Positions 9,414 through 17,669 of a DNA stretch of 49,813 nt are shown here, piece by piece. The position numbers and the translations under genes were made by a program. The stretch is taken from the NCBI GenBank assembly GCA_047518225.1, contig JAKZRK010000088.1:1-49813 (forward strand). The letters are read 5' to 3'. Source of the DNA: Alphaproteobacteria bacterium (GTDB taxonomy: Bacteria; Pseudomonadota; Alphaproteobacteria; GCA-2731375). Below the pieces are notes generated by a model that had not been told where the DNA came from, did not search any database, and saw only the letters and a program-made list of their open reading frames with translations. The stretch's first letter is position 1. Each line of letters begins with the position of its first letter.

Positions 9414-10204
9414 TAGCCCCCGCCGCTTTCATCGTTCTCGCCAATGGGCGGCGCCTGGTCGGTCATCCCGGCCAGAACCTCCGCCACATGGCGCACTTGC
9501 ACGGACGAGCCTTCCCGCTTCAGGCGCCCGGCGATATTCAACAGGCAGCCCAGATCACCGGCCAGCAACAAATCCGCGCCGGTCTTGGCCACATTGGCGG
9601 TTTTACGGGTAACGATATCGGTGGAAATCTCCCCATACTTGACACAGAAAGTGCCACCAAAGCCACAGCAGGCTTCGGTGTCAGCCATTTCCTCCAGGTC
9701 CAGGCCAACCACACCGGCCAGCAATTCGCGCGGTTGCTCCCACAGGCCCAATTCCCGCAAACCGGCGCAGGCATCGTGATAGGTCACCGTGCCATCATAT
9801 TGCGCGGCGACAGGATCGATTTTCATGACGTCGGCCAGAAAGGCTGTCAGCTCGAACGTTTTGGCGGCCAGGGCGCGGGCCCGGCGGCTCCATTCCGGAT
9901 CATCGGCGAACAGGTCCGGATAGTGCACGGCGATCATGCCGCCGCAGGAGCCCGAGGGGACAACCACATAGTCGTAAGCCGCGAACGTCTCGATGACCTG
10001 ACGGGCGATTTGCTGGCTGTGCCGGCGATCGCCGGAATTGTAGGCCGGCTGGCCGCAGCACGTCTGTTCGGGCACATGCACCCTGCAGCCGGCCGCCGCG
10101 ATCAGCCGCGCCGCCGCGAAGCCAACCGTGGGCCGGAACAGATCCACAAGACAAGTTGCGAACAAACCAACGTTGATCGGCGCCTTGGAACTTTCGTTTG
10201 CCAT
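9413..10204 (-). CDS. lutA: lactate utilization protein A ((Fe-S)-binding CCG-domain oxidoreductase, YkgE/LutA)
   Basis: Two CCG-type Cys motifs (TCCGQPAYNSG; ACCGFGGTF). ATG 10204 (MANESSKAPINVGLFATC...) preferred over the track start 10243. Confidence 0.85.
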   Translation of the reverse strand: MANESSKAPINVGLFATCLVDLFRPTVGFAAARLIAAAGCRVHVPEQTCCGQPAYNSGDRRHSQQIARQVIETFAAYDYVVVPSGSCGGMIAVHYPDLFADDPEWSRRARALAAKTFELTAFLADVMKIDPVAAQYDGTVTYHDACAGLRELGLWEQPRELLAGVVGLDLEEMADTEACCGFGGTFCVKYGEISTDIVTRKTANVAKTGADLLLAGDLGCLLNIAGRLKREGSSVQVRHVAEVLAGMTDQAPPIGENDESGGG

Positions 10205-10272
10205 GCTTGACCCTTTGCCCGTCGGCCGATGGCCGGCCGCCATCTGGCTTTATAACAGTCAAAGCCCGATGA

Positions 10273-11490
10273 TTACAGCCGCCCGGCCAGGGCACGGGGC
10301 AATAACAGAAACCACCGCCCGGGATTTTTCATGCGCCCGGCGATAGCGGCGGCGCGGGCGCCGTGGCCCCAGAACAGATCACCCCGCACCCCGCCCTCGA
10401 TGGCGCCGCCGGTATCCTGGGCCAGCACCAACCGGTGCAACGGTTCCTCCATCTGATCGGGATTGGCGGCCGGATGGCTGGTTTGCAGCCAGATCGGGAT
10501 GCCCAGGGGGATCAGCCGATGATCCACCGCGATGGAGCGGCCCGGGCTGAGGGCGATGCCCAAGGCGCCGATCGGACCCGGCCCCTGTATCTCGCGAAAG
10601 AAGACATAGGATGGGTTCATGTCCATGACCCGCCGCGCCTGCGCCGGATGCGCGGTCAACCAGGCTCGGATGCCCTGCATGGAAACGTTCTCCCTGGTCA
10701 GAATGCCACGCTTGATCAATTCCCGGCCAATGGCGAAGTAGCGCCGGCCATTGCCGCCGGAATAGCCCAGGCGAATTTCTTCGCCGTTGACAAGCCGCAC
10801 CCGGCCGGAACCCTGGATCTGTAGAAAAAAGGCATCTACCGGATCATCCACATAAACGATTTCCAGGCCCTTCCCGGCCAAGGCGCCGGTGGCGATCCGC
10901 CCTCGTTCATGATAGGGACGCAGCCGGCGGTCCTGAACACGGCCAACGATGTGCCGGCCTTGCAGGCTGTCGCTGAAATCGCCCAGATTGACATTGATCA
11001 GATCCCGCGGCCGCCCATACAGAGGCACCGTAAAAGCCCCGCCCCTGACCCGGCTGCCCCGCAACGACGGTTCGTAATAACCCGTGAACAGGCCCGCTGC
11101 CTGGCCGCCGAAGCGGATCGCGACGGCACGGAAATGATCTTCGAAAAAGCGCCGAGCCCGATCAGGCGTCTCCGGTTCGACGGCCTGGGCGGCGCGGCAG
11201 ATCACGGCCCAGTCGCCTGCACTGCCGGCGATGCCGTCGCGGCCGCTCAAGCGGCGGCCGGCGGGCCAACCGCCGATACGCTCGCAGCTACGCAAAAAAG
11301 CCGCCAATGCGGCCCCATGATCATCCTGTTCCCAGCCTTCCAAAGCCGTGAACGGCACCGGGCGATAATCCATCTGTCCGCTGGGAATGGCGGGCGCGGG
11401 CGGCGGCCCGGGGCGGGTCAGCCACCACAACAATAAACCCAGGCTTATCAGCAGAGGTCCAGCCCATATGGCGGCAAGGCGACCCTGCAT
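10273..11490 (-). CDS. mltA: murein transglycosylase A
   Basis: MltA-type sequence (GYYEP, MltA insert, C-terminal 3D domain with AQDTGGAI). N-terminal TM/signal segment after ATG 11490. Confidence 0.85.
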   Translation of the reverse strand: MQGRLAAIWAGPLLISLGLLLWWLTRPGPPPAPAIPSGQMDYRPVPFTALEGWEQDDHGAALAAFLRSCERIGGWPAGRRLSGRDGIAGSAGDWAVICRAAQAVEPETPDRARRFFEDHFRAVAIRFGGQAAGLFTGYYEPSLRGSRVRGGAFTVPLYGRPRDLINVNLGDFSDSLQGRHIVGRVQDRRLRPYHERGRIATGALAGKGLEIVYVDDPVDAFFLQIQGSGRVRLVNGEEIRLGYSGGNGRRYFAIGRELIKRGILTRENVSMQGIRAWLTAHPAQARRVMDMNPSYVFFREIQGPGPIGALGIALSPGRSIAVDHRLIPLGIPIWLQTSHPAANPDQMEEPLHRLVLAQDTGGAIEGGVRGDLFWGHGARAAAIAGRMKNPGRWFLLLPRALAGRL

Positions 11491-11504
11491 AGCCGGTCGG
11501 GGTA

Positions 11505-12242
11505 TTAATTCTCGCCGTGGGTTTCGATGAGCTGCCAATTCGGGTCGCGATCGCGGGTATCACGCGCAAAGGTCCAGATATCCGTGACCTCGCGGGTGCC
11601 CGCCGGTTGATCGGGCAGCAGCTCGCCCGCTTCATCTCGGGTTACGGAAATCATTTCAGAAACGAATTTGACCGTGACCTCGGCCACCTTGTCCTTCAAT
11701 TCCGCATCGATGATTTCAGTTCCATTGATGGCAACGATCTTGGTTTCAAGGGTATGCCCCTTGCTTTCACGGTCTTCTATGGCGCCGACGAAATTTTCAA
11801 AGACCTGATCGTTCAACAACGGCCTTAGCGCGGCGCTGTCGCCATTGGCAAAAGCATCGACAATCATCTCGTATGCGGCGCGGGCGCCATTGGTAAAAGC
11901 GCTGGGCTCAAAGCGGTGATCCGCCAGCTTTATTTTCGTCAGACCGGCGCCAATCGGGGAATCATCGGCCCATAAGGCGGCCTCCTCCTCCGGCGTGGTA
12001 TCGCCATCTTCGGCAGCATCGGGATGGCTGCGATCAGGCAGGGCAACGACATTATCATCGTCGTCCGGTTGGTTCGCCGCGCCTTGGTCGTCGGATTGCT
12101 CGTTGGAATGTTCTCGGCTTCGCTGCTTTGGCGGTGGCCGTTCATTCCCGGTGCGCCGTCCAAGCACATTGCGCAGGCGAAAGAATATAAATCCCGCCAC
12201 CATGGCCAGGAAAATAATATCGAGAAAGTAACCCTCGCCCAT
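11505..12242 (-). CDS. Tim44-like domain protein
   Basis: N-terminal TM helix, acidic linker and a C-terminal Tim44-like domain. Sits in the conserved alphaproteobacterial position between secB/fxsA and mltA. Confidence 0.8.
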   Translation of the reverse strand: MGEGYFLDIIFLAMVAGFIFFRLRNVLGRRTGNERPPPKQRSREHSNEQSDDQGAANQPDDDDNVVALPDRSHPDAAEDGDTTPEEEAALWADDSPIGAGLTKIKLADHRFEPSAFTNGARAAYEMIVDAFANGDSAALRPLLNDQVFENFVGAIEDRESKGHTLETKIVAINGTEIIDAELKDKVAEVTVKFVSEMISVTRDEAGELLPDQPAGTREVTDIWTFARDTRDRDPNWQLIETHGEN

Positions 12243-12516
12243 AAAATTTATCTGTCCTGTCGGGTCGTTGAGTCTGTTGGATTTTCTATCCAGCTAAATC
12301 ATCTTTCGCACCATAGATACCAAAGATGACCATATCTGTCGGGTAGCCGCCCGCCACCAGCAACCAAACAGTCTGCATTTTGGTGCGGAGTCATACCTTA
12401 CGGCCCGCACAATGCGCTGTCCAGCGAACTTGCCTTAACGAACGGAATCCTCCAAACCGCTATGGCGCCGCTCGCCATACCGTACTAAATAAGCATAGCC
12501 GTGGCCGGGAGCAAGC

Positions 12517-13053
12517 ATGGGATTTGTTATTCTTTTGGCGTTCATAGCCATACCCCTGATCGAAATTGCCGTCTTCATCGAAATTGGCGGTTTCATCGGC
12601 CTGTGGTGGACCCTGGCCATCGTGGTTGGAACAGCATTGGGCGGCACCTATATGCTGCGCCGCCAGGGCCTATCAACCTTGCGTCGGGCCCAGCTGCAAA
12701 TGGCGGAAGGACGAATGCCCCTGCGCGAAGTTTTTGACGGCCTGTGCCTGTTGGTCGCAGGGGCGCTGTTGCTGACGCCGGGGTTTGTTACCGATTTGGC
12801 CGGCGCCCTGCTATTGATACCCTGGGTTCGATTATTCCTGGGCCGTCTGGTCGCGCAACATATCGTCGCCGACGGCCGGTTTCATAGGCAGCCCTTTGAC
12901 GCCGGGGCCCGCGGCCAGCAACCGCCGCCCAGGGGGCAGAGCAGCGATAATATCAATCATGACGGCATCATCGACGTGGATTTCGAGGAGGTCGCCCCCG
13001 ACGACCCGCCCCGCATTGACCGTCATCCGGACGACGAGAGGAACACCAAGTAA
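12517..13053 (+). CDS. fxsA: FxsA-family inner-membrane protein
   Basis: Characteristic N-terminus (...LLAFIAIPLIEIAVFIEIGG...) and LTPGFVTD motif. Confidence 0.8.
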   Translation: MGFVILLAFIAIPLIEIAVFIEIGGFIGLWWTLAIVVGTALGGTYMLRRQGLSTLRRAQLQMAEGRMPLREVFDGLCLLVAGALLLTPGFVTDLAGALLLIPWVRLFLGRLVAQHIVADGRFHRQPFDAGARGQQPPPRGQSSDNINHDGIIDVDFEEVAPDDPPRIDRHPDDERNTK

Positions 13054-13135
13054 AACAAACGAGAGGTTCCTTGCTGGCGGCACGGAGACGTGATAGCCAA
13101 GCCGGCAGCTATCAGCAGGCCGAGACATATTCATC

Positions 13136-13666
13136 ATGACCGACGACACCACAGCACCCGACGCCCCGGCGGCGCCCGAGGCCCCCGGCATTGACGCCGC
13201 GCAAAGCGCCCCCCGCGTCGAAGTGCATGCCCAATACGTCAAGGATCTTTCGTTCGAAAATCCAGGTGCGCCGCAAAACCTGGCCAATCAGAGCGCGGCG
13301 CCGAATATCGAGGTTTCGGTCGACGTCGGCGCCCACGGGCTTGCTCCCAATCAGTTCGAAGTAGAGTTGCGGATTACCGCCAACGCTGAATTCGGGGCGC
13401 AAAAGGCCTTCGTGGTCGAGGTGCAATATGCCGGGGTCTTCACCTTGCATAACGTGGACCAGAACCAATTGAAACAGGTCTGCCTGATTGAATGTCCACG
13501 CCTGTTGTTTCCCTTTGCCCGCCGGGTCGTGGCTGACGCCACCCGCGATGGCGGTTTTCCGCCCCTGTTGCTGGAACCCATCGATTTCGTGCAGCTTTTC
13601 CGGCAATCGATGGAGAATGCCGGGGAACAAGCCGCCGCCGGCGGCAACGGCGACGCCGTGGCCTGA
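13136..13666 (+). CDS. secB: protein-export chaperone SecB
   Basis: SecB-like sequence (YVKDLSFENPGAPQ...ECPRLLFPFARR). Confidence 0.9.
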   Translation: MTDDTTAPDAPAAPEAPGIDAAQSAPRVEVHAQYVKDLSFENPGAPQNLANQSAAPNIEVSVDVGAHGLAPNQFEVELRITANAEFGAQKAFVVEVQYAGVFTLHNVDQNQLKQVCLIECPRLLFPFARRVVADATRDGGFPPLLLEPIDFVQLFRQSMENAGEQAAAGGNGDAVA

Positions 13667-13684
13667 AGCCGAAAAAAAGCGCGG

Positions 13685-14356
13685 TTATTTCTTCCAGATC
13701 GGGTCTTTCATTTTTGCCACGAAGGCTTGGTGGGCGGCCTCTTCGTCGGCGCTGGGCGCGTGGCCGCGCGGTGGACGGGTCTGGCGCTCGGCGGACTGCA
13801 CGGCTGTCGGGCCCTTGGCTTCGCTGGCCAGAACCAGGCCCGGCTGGCGGCCGCCAATCAGTTCCAGATAAACCTCGGCCAGCAGTTCCGCGTCCAGCAG
13901 GGCGCCGTGGTTTGCCCGCGCCGAAAGATCGATATCGAAGCGGCGGCACAAAGCATCCAGACTGTACTGCAACCCGGGTATCTTCCGGCGCGCCAGGGCA
14001 ATGGTATCCAGCACTTTGTCCTTGGGCAGATTGGGTCGGTCGAGCGCGGCTAGTTCGGCGTTGATGAAACGCATATCGAAAGCGGCGTTGTGGGCGATCA
14101 ATACAGCACCGCCGACAAAGTGCAGAAATTCGTCCACCACGGCCGCGAATAACGGCTTATCGCCCAGAAATTCCTCGGACAGGCCGTGGACGCGAAAGGC
14201 CTCTTCCGGCATGTCGCGCTGGGGATTGAGATACCACTGCCGGGTTTCGCCCGTGGGCATGTGGTTGAGCAGTTCCACACAACCGATTTCCACCACCCGG
14301 TGTCCGGCGGCCGGGTCAAGTCCCGTGGTTTCAGTGTCGAATACGATTTCGCGCAT
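13685..14356 (-). CDS. dnaQ: DNA polymerase III subunit epsilon (3'-5' exonuclease)
   Basis: Exo I motif FDTETTG, Exo II HNAAFD, Exo III H..LLDAE. Confidence 0.9.
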   Translation of the reverse strand: MREIVFDTETTGLDPAAGHRVVEIGCVELLNHMPTGETRQWYLNPQRDMPEEAFRVHGLSEEFLGDKPLFAAVVDEFLHFVGGAVLIAHNAAFDMRFINAELAALDRPNLPKDKVLDTIALARRKIPGLQYSLDALCRRFDIDLSARANHGALLDAELLAEVYLELIGGRQPGLVLASEAKGPTAVQSAERQTRPPRGHAPSADEEAAHQAFVAKMKDPIWKK

Positions 14357-15017
14357 GCACGGGCCTCCGGCTGGGATGAGTGTTGGGGCGGCGCTGGGGA
14401 CGCCCTTTCGGCGGCCAGGCGTGGCCGCGCCGCCCTTTGACCGTCCTGATTAGTTGCGCCACATGGCGCTGGGTATGACGGCGGCCCAGCCCGGTCGGCA
14501 GCAGAAAATCGGCGCGCTGACGTTTCACCGTATCGGGTACCTGCTGGCGGCGGATATTTCCGAATTTTTCAGATGTCATATTGGACCGGGCCAGAACCCG
14601 TTGCCGCTGGATGAAATAAGGCGCGCTGGCCACCGCCGTGGCGTCACAGCGGTCCTCGCCCCGGCCTTCGAACAACAGGGGTATGTCCAACACCACCAAT
14701 GACAGGCGCCGGCGCTGGGCATCGGCCAGAAAAGCGCGCTGGGCCTGGCCCACCATTGGGTGCAGTATGGCTTCCAGGCGGCGCAGTTCCCGACGCTTGC
14801 CAAAGACCCGCGCGCCCAGGACGGGGCGATCGACGGCGCCGTCCCTGGTAACCCCGGGAAAGGCTTGTTCAACCCGGCGCACCGCCCCGCCACCCTTTTT
14901 TAACAGAACATGCACCGCCGCGTCGGCATCGAATACCGGTACGCCCAGACGGCGAAACATTTTCGATGTTTCCGATTTACCCATACCGATGGAGCCCGTC
15001 AAACCAACGATAAACAC
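14331..15017 (-). CDS. coaE: dephospho-CoA kinase
   Basis: P-loop GLTGSIGMGKS. GTG start at 15017. An Arg-rich C-terminal tail overlaps the dnaQ start by 26 nt. Confidence 0.88.
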   Translation of the reverse strand: MFIVGLTGSIGMGKSETSKMFRRLGVPVFDADAAVHVLLKKGGGAVRRVEQAFPGVTRDGAVDRPVLGARVFGKRRELRRLEAILHPMVGQAQRAFLADAQRRRLSLVVLDIPLLFEGRGEDRCDATAVASAPYFIQRQRVLARSNMTSEKFGNIRRQQVPDTVKRQRADFLLPTGLGRRHTQRHVAQLIRTVKGRRGHAWPPKGRPQRRPNTHPSRRPVHARNRIRH

Positions 15018-15019
15018 GC

Positions 15020-15868
15020 CTACGCTCCCTGCAAATCCGCCAGAACATGTTCGCGCAAGGCCTGGCTAACCACCGGCTCGCGGTCGAACCATGCGGCGAA
15101 ACCAGGGCGGGCCTGATGCAACAACATGCCCAAGCCGTCGACAACTGCGTTACCCCGTTCTTTTGCCGCCGCCAATAACGGTGTTATCAATGGGGTGTAG
15201 ACCGCATCCATAACCACTGTGTCCGCGGCCAGATCATCCAGGACCAGATCCAAGGCGGGCTGGCCCTGCATACCTTGCGTCGTGCTATTGACCAACAAAT
15301 CGGCTTCGGCCAGGCAGGCGGCGCGCTCTGTCCAGGCGCCGACCGTGACCCCCGTATCCAACGCTTCCGCCAGGGCATGGGCCCGCGCCTCGGTCCGGTT
15401 GAGCACGACCAATTCGGCTACCCCGGCATCCAACAAAGCCACCGCGATGGCTTTTGCCGCGCCGCCGGCCCCGATTAGAACAGCCCGTCCCCGTGCGACA
15501 TTCAGCGCCGGCGCGCCTTCATGCAGAGCCTGCAAAAAGCCGAATGCGTCTGTGTTGGATCCGTCCATGCTGCCGTCATCCGCCACCACGATGGTGTTTA
15601 CGGCACCGATCCGCTGGGCAGCCGAATCAAACCGGTCCACGGCTTTCAAGGCCGCTTCCTTGTGAGGCATGGTGACGTTGCAGCCGGCAAAACCCAGCTT
15701 GGGCAGGGTCCGGATCACCGATTCGAAATCCTCCGGTTTGATGGCAAGGGGCAGGTAGGCACCATCTATGCCATAGGCCTGCAGCCAAAAATTATGCAGC
15801 CGCGGCGAGCGGGAATGGGATATGGGCCATCCCGCCACGCCGGCCAAACGGGCGTTGCCGCTGATCAT
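15020..15868 (-). CDS. aroE: shikimate dehydrogenase
   Basis: GWPISHSRSP / NVTMPHK / GAGGAA motifs. ATG 15868 forms an ATGA overlap with the maf stop. The track start 16006 is an upstream extension into maf. Confidence 0.9.
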   Translation of the reverse strand: MISGNARLAGVAGWPISHSRSPRLHNFWLQAYGIDGAYLPLAIKPEDFESVIRTLPKLGFAGCNVTMPHKEAALKAVDRFDSAAQRIGAVNTIVVADDGSMDGSNTDAFGFLQALHEGAPALNVARGRAVLIGAGGAAKAIAVALLDAGVAELVVLNRTEARAHALAEALDTGVTVGAWTERAACLAEADLLVNSTTQGMQGQPALDLVLDDLAADTVVMDAVYTPLITPLLAAAKERGNAVVDGLGMLLHQARPGFAAWFDREPVVSQALREHVLADLQGA

Positions 15869-16493
15869 TCGCGCAACAACCCCGCCGCACGCAAATAACG
15901 CATCAGGGGTATCAACGGCAGCCCCAGGATCGTGAAATGATCCCCTTCGATACGGTCGAACAATTGCACACCCAAACCTTCGATCTGATAACAGCCCACC
16001 GACCATAACACCGACCGGCCCGCCTGGTCTAAATATCCGGCAATAAAATCATCTGATAGCGGCCGCATCCACAAACTAGCCGTACTGGTGTGTTGCCATG
16101 GAGCCACATCCCCCCGTCCCCGTCCCGCACCACGCAGACAGCCGCATGCAACTCGTGCCGGCGGCCCTTCAAGGACTGCAATGTTGTTGTTGCCGCCGCG
16201 AAATTTAGCGCCTTGTCAAACAATTCGCCATCGCAAGAGAGGATTTGATCCGCCCCGATGACCCAGGCGTCCGGATGATCCCTGGCAACGGCCCGTGCTT
16301 TTGCCTGGGCAAGAGCAGCCGCGATGGCAGCCCCGGTGGCATTGCCGGCCTGCAAGGCCGCCTTGGCCCCGCCCTCGTCCACATCCGAGGGGTGTACCGT
16401 GATCTCCAAACCCGCCTGACGCAACATGGCCCGCCGGGCCGTGCTGTTGGAAGCAAGAATTAGCCGAGGTCCCTGGGATTTTAACATCGCCAA
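15865..16493 (-). pseudogene. maf: Maf-family nucleoside-triphosphate pyrophosphatase, interrupted by a 1-nt frameshift
   Basis: The N-terminal two-thirds (LILASNSTARR...ADQIL...HAAVCVVRDGDGG) is in ORF 16029-16493. The C-terminal third (WQHTSTASLWMRPLSDDFIAGYL...YQIEGLGVQLF...) is in ORF 15865-16107, in a different frame. The frames switch at a C6 run (16110-16115). One extra base would restore an approximately 209-aa Maf. Confidence 0.75.
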
Positions 16494-16594
16494 ATAGTTC
16501 CTGTTATTTCCGAGTGTTTCTTGATTATATTAATAATTAATATTATATTCATATGCGAAGGCATTGAAAATACGTCTTTTATTGGTATTCTAAT

Positions 16595-17665
16595 ATGACG
16601 GACAAGAGCAATATCATTCCCCTGCCAGGCCTTGTTCAGGCCGACAAGTTCTTGGCAAATCGGGCGCGGCTGACCAGCCAATTGCTGCGCCATAGTCTGA
16701 TCGATAGTTTCTTTCGCTTCATGTCCGATGGAAAGCCCTATCCATTCGTTTCGCCGGACCAGCTGCTACCCAACCTCGCCCAGTCCTGGGTCGAGCATCG
16801 GCATCAGAGTACGGTGTTGATGTTCCTGATCGATGGCACCTTGGCGCGTCCGCTTAATAAACATTTCCGTCTCCGTACTTCAAACCGTGTCACCTGGCGC
16901 AATATTCAGCGCCTGGCCCCGGATCTGGACCTGTCCGAATTCAAGGCGGCACATTGTCAGCTGACCGATTCCAGTTTTGAGCCATTATTGAACCGTCTCC
17001 TGGCCCTGGACTATGCCCTGCTAGCCCAGGAAAGCGCTGAAGGGGATAATACGGCGCTTAGCCATATGCATGTAAAACTGGAGCGCTTGACCGACACGGC
17101 GATCAAGGAGCTGGGAAAGCAACTGGGTTATATCGACCGCCGGTTGTTTGAACGGGGCGAAGACTATGTCGAGGCCCTGGAAGGCAAGTTTTTCGAATAT
17201 TTCGGCTTTTCCGCTAACGCGGCCGGGCGAAAAAGCGCCGCCGCCATGGCGGCCCAGTTATTATCCGCCCATCGCCAGCGGTTTGCCGTTTTCGTCGCGG
17301 GGCAGGAAGATTGCCGCCTGACCATTTTGGATCATGGCCCCTTGATAGAACAATATCTGCTGATCCGCCCCGATGGCTTGGCACTGCAACGCTTTCAACG
17401 GGCCGCCATGGCGGCCGGCATCCAGGAGTTAGGCGATTATGCCCTGACCGGGTTAGGCGCGGCGGGGCCCAACGACGGCGCCTTCCCCCTATTGTACCGC
17501 CTGCGTCTGGAGCGCACGGCGGCGGCGCGGCCGGGCGATCGGCGGCACCGGGATCGTGATCTATTGAAACCCTGGTTACGTATCAAAGACGCGGCAGTTC
17601 TTCCCCGGCCGGAATTGGCGGCACCGGAAATTCCGTTTCAATGGGCCGGGTCGGAACAGCTCTAA
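16595..17665 (+). CDS. hypothetical protein (no recognisable domain)
   Basis: 356-aa ORF with ATG at 16595, preceded by a strikingly AT-rich 100 bp (16495-16594). It lies on the opposite strand to the flanking conserved operon. I see no motif I can assign. Confidence 0.55.
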   Translation: MTDKSNIIPLPGLVQADKFLANRARLTSQLLRHSLIDSFFRFMSDGKPYPFVSPDQLLPNLAQSWVEHRHQSTVLMFLIDGTLARPLNKHFRLRTSNRVTWRNIQRLAPDLDLSEFKAAHCQLTDSSFEPLLNRLLALDYALLAQESAEGDNTALSHMHVKLERLTDTAIKELGKQLGYIDRRLFERGEDYVEALEGKFFEYFGFSANAAGRKSAAAMAAQLLSAHRQRFAVFVAGQEDCRLTILDHGPLIEQYLLIRPDGLALQRFQRAAMAAGIQELGDYALTGLGAAGPNDGAFPLLYRLRLERTAAARPGDRRHRDRDLLKPWLRIKDAAVLPRPELAAPEIPFQWAGSEQL

Positions 17666-17669
17666 CGCC

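Noticed and set aside
7984-10210. Long plus-strand ORFs (7984-9180, 398 aa; 9038-10210, 390 aa) opposite lutB and lutA
   Set aside because: They are antisense shadows typical of GC-rich DNA. Their translations are Arg/Gly/Ala/His-rich with no motifs, while the minus-strand frames carry clear LutB and LutA signatures.
14331-14456. Arg/Pro-rich C-terminal tail of CoaE overlapping the dnaQ start, considered as a frameshift artefact
   Set aside because: There is no alternative frame with better CoaE-like sequence and no homopolymer at the junction. A short disordered tail with a 26-nt gene overlap is plausible, so it is not called a pseudogene.
16495-16594. AT-rich 100 bp between maf and the orphan ORF, considered as an alternative oriC or DNA-unwinding element
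   Set aside because: I found no DnaA-box-like 9-mers in or beside it, and it directly precedes an ORF start. It is more simply a promoter or foreign-DNA junction. The hemE-upstream gap fits the origin better.
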